From positions 114,612-178,611 of IMG/VR virus record IMGVR_UViG_3300010234_000001: a stretch of 64,000 nt of DNA; one strand, given 5' to 3'. Under the pieces are notes generated by a model that was given only the letters and a program-made list of their open reading frames with translations, was not told where the DNA came from and ran no database searches. A program made the position numbers and the translations under genes. This stretch comes from a virus. Lineage: Duplodnaviria; Heunggongvirae; Uroviricota; Caudoviricetes. Within the stretch, counting starts at the first letter, position 1. Every line of letters begins with the position of its first letter. Below are positions 40,513 through 48,428 of this stretch, piece by piece.

Positions 40513-40888
40513 AATAGAAAAGATGGATAAGAAAACTGGAGACTTTATTTTTAAGACTGTTAGTGAAATTCTGGAATTGTTGATACAGACAATTCTTGAA
40601 GACAAGAGACAAAATGCTAGACTGACGGATATTGAGCAGCGTCTGTTGAAACTGGAATCAAAACCGCAGCCATATCATCGAGGCTCGCATGACGAGTGGA
40701 CAAATAACGGTCTGTGGGAAGCAGCAAAAGATGAACGCGAGAAAAGAGAAGCTGAAATGGAAACAAACAAAAGTTATGGGGAAAATGAATTGGGAATCGA
40801 TCCACCCAGAGGGTATTTTGGGACAAACAAAAGTTACGGGGAAAGTGATTCGGCCAAAAGGTATTGGGCACGCAAACGAACCTGTTGA
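40496..40888 (+). CDS. hypothetical protein with internal TNKSYGE repeat
   Basis: 130 aa with a duplicated TNKSYGE(N/S) motif. Confidence 0.3.
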   Translation: MLQINEIEKMDKKTGDFIFKTVSEILELLIQTILEDKRQNARLTDIEQRLLKLESKPQPYHRGSHDEWTNNGLWEAAKDEREKREAEMETNKSYGENELGIDPPRGYFGTNKSYGESDSAKRYWARKRTC

Positions 40889-40944
40889 TCATGACGGTAA
40901 TGATGGATAGGGGAAGTTTTTTTGTCCCCACGGCAATTTTGGGC

Positions 40945-40973
40945 TTGACAAGCGTATAGATATAGGTTATGAT
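40945..40973 (+). promoter_or_regulatory. sigma70-like promoter (TTGACA-17-TATGAT)
   Basis: Consensus -35 and a near-consensus -10, followed by ~200 nt of non-coding leader before tRNA-Gln. Confidence 0.45.
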
Positions 40974-41190
40974 GCGTAACAGTTGATCGAAATCGCTTCC
41001 TGCGGGGGTCAAAGTAGACAACTCCTGTTCAATGACTTACCCTTTAGCCTCCTTTCCGGTAAGCGTGAATAGAGCGGATGGAAATATAATTATTTCGCGA
41101 TCCGCATATAATTACCTTTACGTTACAAAAAAACAATCGGATGATAACATTTAGATTATTGAGTGACATATATAGTAGAGCATTAACTAG

Positions 41191-41267
41191 TGTCCCTTCG
41201 CCAAGTGGACTAAGGCATCGGTCTTTGAAACCGACATTCATGAGTTCGAATCTCATAGGGACTACCA
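41191..41267 (+). tRNA. tRNA-Gln (anticodon TTG)
   Basis: D-arm gcc..ggc, anticodon stem tcggt/accga, loop ctTTGaa, T-arm atgag-ttcgaat-ctcat, CCA. U-U mismatch at 1:72. Confidence 0.55.
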
Positions 41268-41285
41268 ACCATTAAGGAACGTTGG

Positions 41286-41558
41286 ATGTTTACAACTCTA
41301 CTAATAGGAGCAGTTCTTGGTGCATGTGGACAAGGACTTAGAGTTTTGGTAGGATTGAAGAAGTCTCTTGAGAGACGCGATCCAATTCGATGGACATTAA
41401 TTTTTGTCAGTCTTTTGATTGGCGCAGCGGCGGGTGCAATTGCAGCAGTAACATTAGGCGTAACGGCCTTGACAGCAACCGCAATAACTGCTATAGTCAC
41501 TGCCGGATATGCGGGAACCGACTTTATCGAAGGTTTCGCTAAAAAGTCTACAAAGTAA
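41286..41558 (+). CDS. small membrane protein (holin-like topology)
   Basis: 90 aa with two or three TM helices. Confidence 0.35.
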   Translation: MFTTLLIGAVLGACGQGLRVLVGLKKSLERRDPIRWTLIFVSLLIGAAAGAIAAVTLGVTALTATAITAIVTAGYAGTDFIEGFAKKSTK

Positions 41559-41607
41559 ATCTGGCCTAGCAAGATATCATATTAGGGTAGATTTGGTTGG
41601 GGAAATT

Positions 41608-41680
41608 GCAAACGTAGCTCAATGGATAGAGCGTCAGGTTTCTAGCCTGAAGGTTGCCGGTTCGATTCCGGTCGTTTGGG
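41608..41680 (+). tRNA. tRNA-Arg (anticodon TCT)
   Basis: D-arm TAGCTCAATGGATAGAGC, anticodon stem tcagg/cctga, loop ttTCTag, T-arm gccgg-ttcgatt-ccggt. 1:72 G-G mismatch, no CCA. Confidence 0.55.
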
Positions 41681-41708
41681 GATATCCTTTTCTCCAACTT
41701 TAATTCAA

Positions 41709-41786
41709 CGGGGTATAGCTCAGTCTGGTCAGAGCGCACGGTTTGGGACCGTGAAGCCGAAGGTTCGAATCCTTCTCCCCCGACCA
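41709..41786 (+). tRNA. tRNA-Pro (anticodon TGG)
   Basis: D-arm gctc..gagc, anticodon stem cacgg/ccgtg, loop ttTGGga, T-arm gaagg-ttcgaat-ccttc, CCA encoded. Confidence 0.6.
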
Positions 41787-41793
41787 TTCAATG

Positions 41794-41881
41794 GGTGGTG
41801 CAAGTAAGGGCAATCTGGTGAAGCCGCGCGGCTGTAAACCGCGTCCCTATGTGGCATGAGGTTCGATTCCGTCCACCACCC
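41794..41881 (+). tRNA. tRNA-Tyr-like (anticodon GTA), type II; degenerate T-stem
   Basis: Perfect acceptor ggtggtg/caccacc. Strong anticodon hairpin cgcgg-ctGTAaa-ccgcg. T-loop ttcgatt is present but the T-stem pairs poorly. Confidence 0.35.
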
Positions 41882-41887
41882 ACATTG

Positions 41888-41942
41888 AAATCTCCGGATG
41901 TCTAAATAGTAGTAGAGATACCTAATTTAGCTCCGGAGATTT
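41888..41942 (+). promoter_or_regulatory. HEG leader cassette, copy 1: 11-bp hairpin enclosing late-promoter-like TCTAAATA, 3' arm carries GGAG
   Basis: aaatctccgga ... tccggagattt inverted repeat, 33-nt loop with tctaaatag, GGAG 11 nt before the TTG start of the GIY-YIG ORF. Confidence 0.55.
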
Positions 41943-41948
41943 CCTAAC

Positions 41949-42575
41949 TTGTTCTACACTGTCTATAAAATAACTAACAACATTAATGGCAAATATTATA
42001 TTGGTAAACATCAAACCAAAGACCTTGATGATGGATACATGGGATCAGGTAAACTAGTTCGTTATGCCATAGATAAATATGGTATCGAAAATTTCACCAA
42101 AGAAATCCTTTATATATTTAACACAGAAGAAGAAATGAATACCAAAGAAGCCGAATTAGTTGTTGTTTCGGAAGAAACATACAATTTATGCGAAGGTGGA
42201 AAAGGTGGATTTGGGTATATAAACACATTGGAGAGAAATGGTATATGGATTGCTAAGAGACCAGAACCAGCAAATAAATCTCTTTGGAAATCAAATATAT
42301 CCAAAACAAAAAAAATAGAATATGAAAAAGGTGATAATCCATTACAAAAATTAACATACATGCAGAATATGAAAAGAATTAGAAATTCTGCAAAGGGACA
42401 TGTCGGCAATAAACGATCTGAATTAACTAAAATAAGAATGAGTGAATCCAATAAAGGTTCAAAAAATTCACAATTTGGAACTTGTTGGATAACAAATGGA
42501 AATGAAGTCAAGAAAATTCCCCTAGAGGCACTTGACAGCCACCTAGAAATGGGTTATCGTAGGGGACGAAAATAA
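41949..42575 (+). CDS. GIY-YIG homing endonuclease (Seg-like), copy 1
   Basis: N-terminal YTVYKITNNINGKYYIGKH GIY-YIG motif. Conserved C-terminus NSQFGTCWITNGNEVKKIPLEALDSHLEMGY. TTG start; in-frame TAG 6 codons upstream. Confidence 0.75.
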   Translation: MFYTVYKITNNINGKYYIGKHQTKDLDDGYMGSGKLVRYAIDKYGIENFTKEILYIFNTEEEMNTKEAELVVVSEETYNLCEGGKGGFGYINTLERNGIWIAKRPEPANKSLWKSNISKTKKIEYEKGDNPLQKLTYMQNMKRIRNSAKGHVGNKRSELTKIRMSESNKGSKNSQFGTCWITNGNEVKKIPLEALDSHLEMGYRRGRK

Positions 42576-42717
42576 GAGCTTCGAGTTGCATACTGATACG
42601 ATGGTATGCATGTTAAGGTGAAAAGCACTAGGTTTCGCGTCACCCTTCCAGCATGTTGTTGCGAGCCTATAATTGATGGGGACTGATCGTCCATCCTCGA
42701 ATAGAAAGATTGGAAAT

Positions 42718-43341
42718 ATGCATAAAACGATTAACATAGAAGTCGGTGCGAACAGTGGTTCACACACAAAAAATCTCGCAGGTGAAAATGTTGATATGTT
42801 GTATGCATTTGAACCAAATCCAGAATTATACTTTAATCTAACTCAAGCATACAAAGGTAATGATAAGATTTGTATTCTGCCGTTCGCGGTAAGCGATAAA
42901 GATTCAATGGATTGGTTTAACATATCGAGGGTTGGCGACAAAGGAACAAGTTCACTATATAATTACCACGAAAATCTTGGTAATACGCCGGCCGGTAATC
43001 ATGAAGTATTTACCACACCGTGGGATTATAGAATATTGGTTCCCGTGATAAGAATTGAAACTTTCTTAAATACTTTTGCAAATACCGATTACGTAAAGAT
43101 AAACTATATACATATTGATGCGCAAGGATCGGATTTGAATGTATTAAAGGGAATTGGAAAATATTGGGATGTTCTTAAAGAAGGTGTATGCGAGGCAACG
43201 TTGGATATTCCCCTTTACCAAGACGCGAATAATCAACAGGATGATATTCTAGAATTTCTTGGTAATAAAAATGTTAAGACCGAACTACTAAGACCGCACC
43301 AGAATAGAACGGAAATAGATATTCGATTTTGGATAGATTAA
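42718..43341 (+). CDS. FkbM-family methyltransferase
   Basis: INIEVGANSG (DxGANxG-like) and the FkbM domain pattern. Confidence 0.45.
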   Translation: MHKTINIEVGANSGSHTKNLAGENVDMLYAFEPNPELYFNLTQAYKGNDKICILPFAVSDKDSMDWFNISRVGDKGTSSLYNYHENLGNTPAGNHEVFTTPWDYRILVPVIRIETFLNTFANTDYVKINYIHIDAQGSDLNVLKGIGKYWDVLKEGVCEATLDIPLYQDANNQQDDILEFLGNKNVKTELLRPHQNRTEIDIRFWID

Positions 43342-43488
43342 GATGAATATATATAAAACTATTGATGATGTTCCGATAGTGACATATGCGGTAGTTGCTC
43401 ACAATCATCCCGATATTGATCTTATACTAAAAGCTTATAAGATTAAGGGGCATGGAATTGGAGTTGATTATCAAATGGATTTTTATAA

Positions 43489-43565
43489 GGCTACGTAATT
43501 CAACTGGACAGAAATTCAGCCTTCGAAGCTGAAAGTTGAGGGTTCGAATCCTTCCGTAGTCACCA
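43489..43565 (+). tRNA. tRNA-Arg (anticodon TCG)
   Basis: Acceptor ggctacg/cgtagtc, anticodon stem tcagc/gctga, loop ctTCGaa, T-arm gaggg-ttcgaat-ccttc, CCA. Confidence 0.65.
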
Positions 43566-43582
43566 AAATTTAAGGAGTTATT

Positions 43583-43921
43583 ATGGACTATAAGTGTGTA
43601 AATGGGCATGATGCCTGTGATCAAATGTATCCGGGACCGGAGTGTCCCTATTGCGAAAAAAAGGATTTAATGTTGTTTAAACTTGGTAAAATTTACGTAG
43701 ACGGTCAATATGTTGCATTTGTGGATGTTAATGGCTATAATTGTGCACTTCGGCGTGACGAAGTTGCTCATATAGTCTGGCGTCCCGGTCTAAAAACGTC
43801 ATTGTATGTTGACGGTGATAAAGAGAAAGATATCATTGAAGTGCATACAAAACAAAATAAGTTTCTGTTAACCGAAGCGGATGGCGATGAGTTCGTTTCT
43901 TTAGTGGAACGTATTAGATAA
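43583..43921 (+). CDS. hypothetical zinc-ribbon protein
   Basis: CxxC ... CPYC motifs. Confidence 0.3.
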   Translation: MDYKCVNGHDACDQMYPGPECPYCEKKDLMLFKLGKIYVDGQYVAFVDVNGYNCALRRDEVAHIVWRPGLKTSLYVDGDKEKDIIEVHTKQNKFLLTEADGDEFVSLVERIR

Positions 43922-43941
43922 TTTATTAGTTGAAACAAAAT

Positions 43942-44016
43942 GGGCGACTAGTGCTAACGGGAACACGCCGCGCTTGCAACGCGGAGTTCGGGGTTCGATT
44001 CCCCGGTTGTCCACCA
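43942..44016 (+). tRNA. tRNA-Ala (anticodon TGC)
   Basis: Acceptor gggcgac/gttgtcc (two G-U), anticodon stem ccgcg/cgcgg, loop ctTGCaa, T-arm cgggg-ttcgatt-ccccg, CCA. Confidence 0.65.
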
Positions 44017-44036
44017 AACTTTTGAGGATAAAGACA

Positions 44037-44276
44037 ATGAATAAAATTGAAAAGCTTGAAGATAAGATTTGGGAATTTGAAGAAAAAATATGTGACGCCG
44101 AAGGTGTCGTTTTTGAATATGGCGATCTTAAAGATGCCCATCATAAACAATGGGTAATAGATCAAATGATTCGGAAAATGATTCCCGATTATGAAGATTT
44201 TTTACGTCGATATAATACGTATGGACATGTATGGGATGCGGGAATTGAGCCACCAAACATAAACTTAGAGGATTGA
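44037..44276 (+). CDS. hypothetical protein (paralogue of the next ORF)
   Basis: Shares an HHKQWVIDQ(M/L) ... GIEPP/GIAP block with 44273-44488. The upstream in-frame extension overlaps tRNA-Ala. Confidence 0.35.
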   Translation: MNKIEKLEDKIWEFEEKICDAEGVVFEYGDLKDAHHKQWVIDQMIRKMIPDYEDFLRRYNTYGHVWDAGIEPPNINLED

Positions 44277-44488
44277 TTATGGAAGATAAAGAAAAAGTCT
44301 CAAAAGCTTTGGACTTGATATGGCAATCCGGTGGTACTGATGGCGGTCATCACAAGCAATGGGTTATTGATCAACTAGTTAGAATTTTATCGGATGATTA
44401 TGATCAATGGGTGAAAGATTATCAGGGTGAATATGATGAAGAAGACGAATGCTATGAATACGAGTGGGAAACGGGAATTGCGCCATGA
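44273..44488 (+). CDS. hypothetical protein (tandem paralogue)
   Basis: HHKQWVIDQLVRIL block shared with the preceding ORF. Confidence 0.35.
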   Translation: MIMEDKEKVSKALDLIWQSGGTDGGHHKQWVIDQLVRILSDDYDQWVKDYQGEYDEEDECYEYEWETGIAP

Positions 44489-44790
44489 CAATTATTGCTA
44501 ACGATAGACCCGAAGCGTTTACGATGACAAGGGGAAACGATGAATCCGGCGTAAGCGGAACGGGGGCAGTCCTCGAAGGCGTTATTTTCAGCGATGGTAC
44601 TGTAGCGGCGCGATGGCTGACGGAGACGGCTTCATCAACTTTTTACGATTCGATACCTGACTTCATCAAAATTCACATATATAGTCACCCTAGCAATAAA
44701 ACGCGACTGATTTTTCAGTCAAAATCGTGGGACCAAGACTATATGCATAAATTGGTTGACAAACATGCGCCGATAAAGCATAAAGGGTGA
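44464..44790 (+). CDS. hypothetical protein
   Basis: 108-aa ORF. Confidence 0.3.
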   Translation: MGNGNCAMTIIANDRPEAFTMTRGNDESGVSGTGAVLEGVIFSDGTVAARWLTETASSTFYDSIPDFIKIHIYSHPSNKTRLIFQSKSWDQDYMHKLVDKHAPIKHKG

Positions 44791-44862
44791 TGCACGCGAC
44801 TCGTAATCGCGGGAACGGGATTCAAGCTCTCGTATCGGCACCAATATAAAGGATGAAATATA

Positions 44863-45153
44863 ATGAAACTTTTTCAACGTGGAACAATACAGTCACTCAA
44901 TTCGTCTCTTGCTTTTGTAGACGCTTATGGATATAAGTGTGTGATTCGGGAAGATCAAATAAAAGGCTTAAGATTTATTCCGGAAAGCCGAACCAATCAT
45001 ATGGATACGGAACTAAAGGGAAGAAATTTAGTCGAATTATCTACCGAAGTTGGAATATTTTGGATTCCAATGTTTGAAGATGAATTTCTTTCCGTGTGTG
45101 CATACGGAAGTGATTTCGAAAAGGAATATGGGAAACCATTTGGACAACGCTAA
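44863..45153 (+). CDS. hypothetical protein
   Basis: 96-aa ORF. Confidence 0.3.
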   Translation: MKLFQRGTIQSLNSSLAFVDAYGYKCVIREDQIKGLRFIPESRTNHMDTELKGRNLVELSTEVGIFWIPMFEDEFLSVCAYGSDFEKEYGKPFGQR

Positions 45154-45175
45154 ACGATGACTTAATAGAATAAAT

Positions 45176-45253
45176 GCCGCGTTAGCTCAGTCAGGCCAGA
45201 GCATCTGTTTTGTAATCAGAGGGTCGGGGGTTCAAATCCTCTACGCGGCTCCA
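45176..45253 (+). tRNA. tRNA-Thr (anticodon TGT)
   Basis: Acceptor gccgcgt/acgcggc, D-arm gctc..gagc, loop ttTGTaa, T-arm ggggg-ttcaaat-cctct, CCA. Confidence 0.65.
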
Positions 45254-45271
45254 AATTGTATAGGATAATAT

Positions 45272-45460
45272 ATGACACAACAACATCCATTATTAAATAG
45301 AACTAGTCCAAAAGGTGAAGATTTTATTGGAACATGCGCTGCATGTGGAAAGACAGGACTGCGGATTTTCAATATGAATGAGGAATGTGATAATCAGAGA
45401 GAAATGAATTTTGAACAAGCTTTAATTGAAGCCATTGAAATTAAAGCCGACGAAGCATAA
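45272..45460 (+). CDS. hypothetical protein
   Basis: 62-aa ORF with a CxxC motif. Its 3' end overlaps tRNA-Thr(GGT). Confidence 0.3.
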   Translation: MTQQHPLLNRTSPKGEDFIGTCAACGKTGLRIFNMNEECDNQREMNFEQALIEAIEIKADEA

Positions 45461-45521
45461 GTGGCTGATGCGGTCGCTTGGTAGGCGACAGAAAATGGTT
45501 CAATTCCATTCGTTGGCTCCA
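45446..45521 (+). tRNA. tRNA-Thr (anticodon GGT)
   Basis: Acceptor gccgacg/cgttggc, D-arm gcat..atgc, anticodon stem gtcgc/gcgac, loop ttGGTag, T-arm aatgg-ttcaatt-ccatt, CCA. Confidence 0.65.
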
Positions 45522-45672
45522 AAGGAGTAATAAATGTTAAACCAATTAAAAATTGTCGTTATTGGAGCGATAACAGTTTTAGCACTGGCATTTATTACTG
45601 GATTAATTAATTCAGCTTTGCCGGAAATTGTTGATGTTGGAATGGCAACTGGAGAATTTTTAAGGAATATTT

Positions 45673-45855
45673 TTGGATTTTGATATGAAAAATAAAAATA
45701 TGGTTGACGGCGAGGTTATCTTGCGCTATATAGAGATTGTGAAGACGACAGGAACATTGCTTCCGACTGATGTTGCGCTTGAAGAGATAACTCACAAGAT
45801 CAGGGAAGAAATAGGGTTTAACGAATTCCCCGAACGGCAACACCGGGTCAGGTAA
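45673..45855 (+). CDS. hypothetical protein
   Basis: 60-aa ORF. Confidence 0.25.
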   Translation: MDFDMKNKNMVDGEVILRYIEIVKTTGTLLPTDVALEEITHKIREEIGFNEFPERQHRVR

Positions 45856-45945
45856 TTGATCATCCCTCCGGTCCCGTTCCTTTGAAACTAGACTATTCTA
45901 GACACCAGTCTAGGGCATTGTAAAATATGGGGAATACTAATTAAT

Positions 45946-46016
45946 GGTGTGGTGTCAGAGCGGCTATGTGGTGGACTGCAACTCCACCTACGGGGGTTCG
46001 AATCCTCTCCACACCT
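45946..46016 (+). tRNA. tRNA-Cys (anticodon GCA)
   Basis: Perfect acceptor ggtgtgg/ccacacc, anticodon stem gtgga/tccac, loop ctGCAac, T-arm ggggg-ttcgaat-cctct. D-arm is atypical. Confidence 0.55.
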
Positions 46017-46021
46017 CCCTT

Positions 46022-46073
46022 GAGAGTCCTGTTTGTATAAATAGTTCTATATGGACTAACAAACGGGACTCTC
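46022..46073 (+). promoter_or_regulatory. HEG leader cassette (type B): 14-bp hairpin with TATAAATA in the loop
   Basis: gagagtcctgtttg ... caaacgggactctc, with TATAAATA at 46036-46043. Confidence 0.55.
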
Positions 46074-46076
46074 CTA

Positions 46077-46730
46077 ATGAGACAAAAATACTATGCAGTT
46101 TACAAAACCACCAATTCACTTAATGATAAGATATACATAGGTATTCATGAAACCTATGACTTGGATGATGACTATCTTGGTTCTGGAAAACACCTAAAGA
46201 ATGCAGTCAATAAATATGGACCTGAAAATTTCAAGAGAGAATGGTTATACATTTTCGACAACAAAGACGATCAATTAGCTAAAGAAAAAGAATTGGTTAC
46301 AGAAGAATTCTGTGATAGAAAAGATACATATAACATATGTGAAGGTGGATTCGGTGGTGGATGGCATTATATAAATCGAACTAGGAGCGATAATGAAAAA
46401 TCTAGAATTGGAAAATTAGGTGCTATTGCTCTCAATGAATTGTTTAATAATGGTATGTTAAAAAAACATGCTTCAATGCAAGGCAAAAAACATTCAGATA
46501 AAACAATCTCAAAATTACGAGAGAAACAATCCGGATCAAATAATGGAATGTATGGAAAAAATCATTCAAAAATATCAAAACAGAAAATGAGTGAATCCAA
46601 TAAAGGTTCTAAAAATTCCCAATTTGGTACTTGCTGGATAACAAACGGAAATGAAATCAAAAAAATTCCCCTAGAGGCTCTTGACAGCCACCTAGAAATG
46701 GGCTATATAAGGGGACGAAAATTGAATTAA
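46077..46730 (+). CDS. GIY-YIG homing endonuclease, second subfamily (YAVYKTTN type)
   Basis: YAVYKTTNSLNDKIYIGIH motif. C-terminus SKNSQFGTCWITNGNEIKKIPLEALDSHLEMGY shared with the other copies. Confidence 0.7.
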   Translation: MRQKYYAVYKTTNSLNDKIYIGIHETYDLDDDYLGSGKHLKNAVNKYGPENFKREWLYIFDNKDDQLAKEKELVTEEFCDRKDTYNICEGGFGGGWHYINRTRSDNEKSRIGKLGAIALNELFNNGMLKKHASMQGKKHSDKTISKLREKQSGSNNGMYGKNHSKISKQKMSESNKGSKNSQFGTCWITNGNEIKKIPLEALDSHLEMGYIRGRKLN

Positions 46731-47068
46731 AATTTGCGTAGTATGGCATAGTGCCGTGAAGGGACTGATATTCTCCGATCCAAAGTGATGCAAATTCACT
46801 ACTACGCACCAGAATGAGATATAATGCCCGAATCCCCGTGCTGGTCAAGACATTATATCAATAGTCCGGTGGACCTTGCCTGTAAGGGCGCGGCTTTCAT
46901 CCGCTTAATAGTTAGACGACTGAACGGTGTCGACAAACCCGGAAGGGGGGGGTGGAATTCCCCTCACTAAATTATTAAAGCCTCCGTGGGCAAATGGTAA
47001 AGTCACTAGTTTTTATTATGTTGAAATCTCCATTTCACTAAATAATATTGCGTTTACAGGAGATTTAA

Positions 47069-47530
47069 ATGAAACGATACACTAACGAAGATTTGGAAAT
47101 AGCCGTAAAACAATCAAAATCAATTTCTAATGTTTTACGATTGTTGGGAATTAAATTGGCGGGTGGTAGTCACACCCATATTAAAAATAGAATATTAGAT
47201 GCTGGAATAGATATGTCGCATTTTACTGGACAGGGATATTTGAAAGATAAACCATCTTCTCGTCGTAAAAAACCCGAAGAAATTCTAATTAAACACGAGA
47301 AAAAACAATATAGAACTAAAGCAATTCAATTAAAGAGAGCTTTATTAGAAGTTGGTGTAAATTATAAATGTGTTAAGTGTGGATGCGGTGAAACATGGAA
47401 TGGTGCGGATATAACACTTCATGTTGATCATATTGATGGCAATTCATTAAATGAAGAACAAGAAAATTTAAGATTTCTTTGCCCTAATTGTCATTCACAA
47501 ACTTCTAATTTCGGAAGAAAGCGTCGGTAG
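47069..47530 (+). CDS. HNH homing endonuclease
   Basis: HVDHIDGNSLNEEQENLRFLCPNCH HNH motif. Confidence 0.7.
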   Translation: MKRYTNEDLEIAVKQSKSISNVLRLLGIKLAGGSHTHIKNRILDAGIDMSHFTGQGYLKDKPSSRRKKPEEILIKHEKKQYRTKAIQLKRALLEVGVNYKCVKCGCGETWNGADITLHVDHIDGNSLNEEQENLRFLCPNCHSQTSNFGRKRR

Positions 47531-47598
47531 TCCAATCGGTAGGAGACATCAGTTTTAGGAACTGAACAGTGTGGGTTCGAATCCCTCCCGACGCACCA
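47521..47598 (+). tRNA. tRNA with anticodon TAG (Leu-decoding) but class-I architecture; atypical
   Basis: Perfect acceptor gcgtcgg/ccgacgc, anticodon stem tcagt/actga, loop ttTAGga, T-loop ttcgaat, CCA. 5-nt variable loop and a long D-loop. Overlaps the HNH stop codon. Confidence 0.4.
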
Positions 47599-47620
47599 AA
47601 AAAAACGGAACTAGGTTTTT

Positions 47621-47648
47621 GTAGGTTCGAATCCTACCGGGGGCACCA
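47621..47648 (+). pseudogene. tRNA 3'-half fragment (T-arm plus acceptor 3' strand plus CCA) with no matching 5' half
   Basis: gtagg-ttcgaat-cctac, cgggggc, a, cca. Only 22 nt separate it from the preceding tRNA. Confidence 0.4.
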
Positions 47649-47667
47649 ACACTTAAAGGATGATATA

Positions 47668-47907
47668 ATGTATACTACCGCTGATATAAAAGAATTGGTT
47701 AAAGATAGAAAAGTTTTCTTCGATTTTTATCGGGACCACGAACTTTGGTATCGAGTGGAAGGCACTAACTTCAAGTTTCCGGTATCTATTGAAGAGGCGG
47801 AAGGTGGAAATTTTAATGGTATAGACAAGGCAATTCTGTATATGAGATATATCAGAAAACACCTTAAATCGATTGAGGAAGGATTTAATGATGGCAATCA
47901 AGGTTGA
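47668..47907 (+). CDS. hypothetical protein
   Basis: ATG preceded by AAGGA. The longer track ORF starts inside the tRNA. Confidence 0.3.
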   Translation: MYTTADIKELVKDRKVFFDFYRDHELWYRVEGTNFKFPVSIEEAEGGNFNGIDKAILYMRYIRKHLKSIEEGFNDGNQG

Positions 47908-48289
47908 TAGAAACCGTCAACAATTTTATAAGTTTGGCGAATTAAATCATTATGAATTCGAATCAATTCGAATTGAAGACGCTATTGAAAAGTTGCAAGA
48001 AGTTCAAGATGATGCAAATAAAAATGGCGCTCTTCCGGATACGATTACGTTAAACATTGAAACCGATTATCTTGACGCTTATAATGAAAGTCCTACCATA
48101 AAAATGACTTATTACTATAAACGGATGGAAACGGATGAAGAATTGGATAGTCGTATAAAATATGAAGAGAGTATAGTTCAAAAAGAAAAGGACAAAAAGG
48201 CTCTTCGAAGAAAAGAAAAGAAGGAAAAAGAGATTGCCGAATTGAATAGATTGTTCAATAAGTATGGGCATAAGGTAATCGAAGATTAA
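47873..48289 (+). CDS. hypothetical protein
   Basis: 138-aa ORF with a K/E-rich C-terminus. Confidence 0.35.
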   Translation: MRKDLMMAIKVDRNRQQFYKFGELNHYEFESIRIEDAIEKLQEVQDDANKNGALPDTITLNIETDYLDAYNESPTIKMTYYYKRMETDEELDSRIKYEESIVQKEKDKKALRRKEKKEKEIAELNRLFNKYGHKVIED

Positions 48290-48290
48290 T

Positions 48291-48362
48291 GCCAGTGTAG
48301 TTCAACGGTCAGAACGCCGGTTTGTGGAACCGGATATATAGGTTCGATTCCTTTCACTGGTA
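48291..48362 (+). tRNA. tRNA-His (anticodon GTG)
   Basis: Acceptor gccagtg/cactggt, D-arm gttc..gaac, anticodon stem ccggt/accgg, loop ttGTGga, T-loop ttcgatt. No CCA. Confidence 0.6.
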
Positions 48363-48367
48363 CATTG

Positions 48368-48422
48368 AAATCTCCGGATGTCTAAATAGTAGTAGAGATA
48401 CCTAATTTAGCTCCGGAGATTT
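48368..48422 (+). promoter_or_regulatory. HEG leader cassette, copy identical to the one at 41888
   Basis: Lies inside a 99-bp exact repeat (48362-48460 equals 41882-41980). Confidence 0.55.
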
Positions 48423-48428
48423 CCTAAC

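Noticed and set aside
41566-41787. 73-aa minus-strand ORF (and similar minus-strand ORFs at 29557-29745, 13878-14195, 43427-43624, 56230-56541)
   Set aside because: They lie antisense across tRNA genes. Their translations contain the tell-tale GFEP/GIEP/RTGNL peptides produced by reading T-arms, so they are spurious.
42575-42720. Possible promoter or terminator in the 145-nt gap after GIY-YIG copy 1 (hairpin gcatac-tgatacgatg-gtatgc; ttgcga-N-tataat)
   Set aside because: The hairpin has no T-tract. The -35/-10-like elements are only 3 nt apart, so I did not call a feature.
44790-44850. tRNA-like sequence ending in CCA with a cgcga-ctCGTaa-tcgcg hairpin
   Set aside because: It has no D-arm. 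The acceptor strands do not pair (tatcggc has no upstream complement). Only ~60 nt are available. This is probably a hairpin or fragment, not a tRNA.
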